A stretch of 49,222 nucleotides of DNA from Nemertoderma westbladi (taxonomy: Eukaryota > Animalia > Xenacoelomorpha): NCBI GenBank assembly GCA_032718475.1, contig JAUCBJ010003279.1:1-49222 (forward strand), read 5' to 3'. The notes below the pieces were generated by a model that made no database searches, was not told the origin of the DNA, and saw nothing but the letters and a program-made list of their open reading frames with translations. This document shows positions 47,618-49,222 of the stretch, in pieces. The position numbers and the translations under genes were made by a program. Position 1 is the first letter of the stretch. Every line of letters starts with the position of its first letter.

Positions 47618-48840
47618 GTTAAGCGGCTCTATATTTACATATTAAATATTCGAGAATACTAAATTATATAACATTGAATAAGGCAGCATCAGGAGTTGAA
47701 GAGTACAATAATTGGAAACTCAGTAACTATAGATACAATATAGTAAAATACTGAAGTTCAAATTATTTTGTTTATTAACTTGAATTATATTAATTTGAAT
47801 TTTCAATTCACATTAGTAACACTATTTCTTTCTATCTTTTATTAAATAATTAAGCAACAAAAAAAGTACGAATATAACTTACTTTATTGCATCATGTATT
47901 TAAATTTAATATGAGATCGTAAGGTAATATTCAATAACTATTTGAGTATGTTGTAAATCTATTACAATATTGGTGAACGATTACTGTAAATACAAGTTTA
48001 GTGTACGAAGTCCACATGTGTGCGGTCCCCTTATATTATTATAATTATCTTGACTATTTTATTCACTGTGTAATAATAATTACACACTCATTAAAGATGT
48101 GCCAGCTTGCTATTTATTGCAGCTAATATTAGTCTCCATAGAAACTGAATCTTCCGTGCATTTTATTAGTCAGTCATTGGCCTGCCAGATGCGTCTTAAC
48201 TGAAGCTGAATGTTGTGACGCTGTATGTTCACAAGTCCCAGGGGATTGATTATACAGCAGCACATGTTGTTAACTGAATATAGATAGAAAGAAACAAGCT
48301 GTGAGTGAGCGAGTATCTTGGGATGTAAAAAATTGAGAAGAAGCGGCTAAAATCCTTTTATTTTTTTGTTTTATGTAATTAATTATAACATAAACATAAC
48401 CGCATTATCATTGCCAACATCCGATGGAGTGTTCAAAGTTTAACAGTAAATTTATTTTGTAACATTATGTTAACTTATCACCTTCCTGGTGTGCTGGTAA
48501 TATTCCCCCAACGCTGCGAAGTACCTCTTCGTTTCGTTCCTAAGTATAAGATTGTTTACCGTACAGTTGTTATAGTAACTGCAACTAATTGCAAAAAAGG
48601 ATATAAAGTTCATTAGGATTCCTAAAGGCCTGTTTACAGATGGTGGCGCTCATTGACCGCAATAAAAAAAGTGATCCCCAGCTCAAATAGGTCCCATAGA
48701 AAAATTAAAAAAAAAGTAATGCCCAGCTCAAATTGGTCCCATAGAAAAATTAAAAAAAAAAATTTTATAGAAATTTTCGCCACTGTAACCTGTTCCTTTC
48801 CCTTAATGTTTTAAATAAAATGTTCCTTTAGGTTCTTTAA

Positions 48841-49197
48841 AGGCCTGTTTACACGTGGAAACTTATTTAGAGCAACTTTTTCGGCAACTTGTAGATCAAC
48901 CCAGGTTGCCGATCAAGTTGCTCCGTGTATAATCACGTAAAAAGGTTGCCGTAAAAGTTGCTCAACTTTTACGGCAACTTGACTGAATTGCATTGACGAA
49001 TAATCAAATTAAATTATCAAAAAATAGCCTGTAGATAAAATGACCCACTATTTTACAGTCAAACTAGCCAAGTTGCTCTAAAAGTTGTCGGCCAAGTTGC
49101 TGGTAAAGTTGCCACGTGTAAACAGCGATTAAATTAAGTTGCTCCAAAAAAGTTGCCGAGAAAGTTGCTCTAAAAGTTGCCACGTGTAAACAGGCCT
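48841..49197. mobile_element. PIF/Harbinger MITE
   Basis: TIR aggcctgtttacacgtgg / ccacgtgtaaacaggcct with TAA TSD on both sides. Confidence 0.9.
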
Positions 49198-49222
49198 TAA
49201 CCCTATTACCACTGGGGTGTTT

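Overview
AT-rich, repeat-dense genomic DNA from an animal, probably an invertebrate (spliceosomal GT-AG introns, talin, Frizzled-type CRDs); not prokaryotic, and no CRISPR is present. Two divergently oriented spliced host genes frame the window. FAM98 (minus strand, first four coding exons 5845 to 1) runs off the left edge. Talin (plus strand, first four coding exons 34807-39725) apparently continues past the right edge. Each host carries an intronless gene on the opposite strand: a secreted tandem-Frizzled-CRD protein in FAM98 intron 3, and an unorthodox AQP11/12-type aquaporin downstream of talin exon 4, probably intronic. The ~29 kb between the hosts is mostly transposon debris: a three-layer nest (P/THAP9-like element > long-TIR element > long-TIR element), satellites, a foldback-like palindrome, scattered exons of a PHD-finger MULE transposase, a Helentron/HINE-like element and a very young intact Gypsy LTR retrotransposon. 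The most striking observation is that both host genes carry tandem repeats built from their own splice junctions: 8 copies of a FAM98 exon-end plus donor, and about 40 copies of a talin acceptor plus exon-start. In both, reading into the repeat copies next to the true site reaches a premature stop within one to two units. Homology calls rest on motifs recalled from memory, not on database searches.
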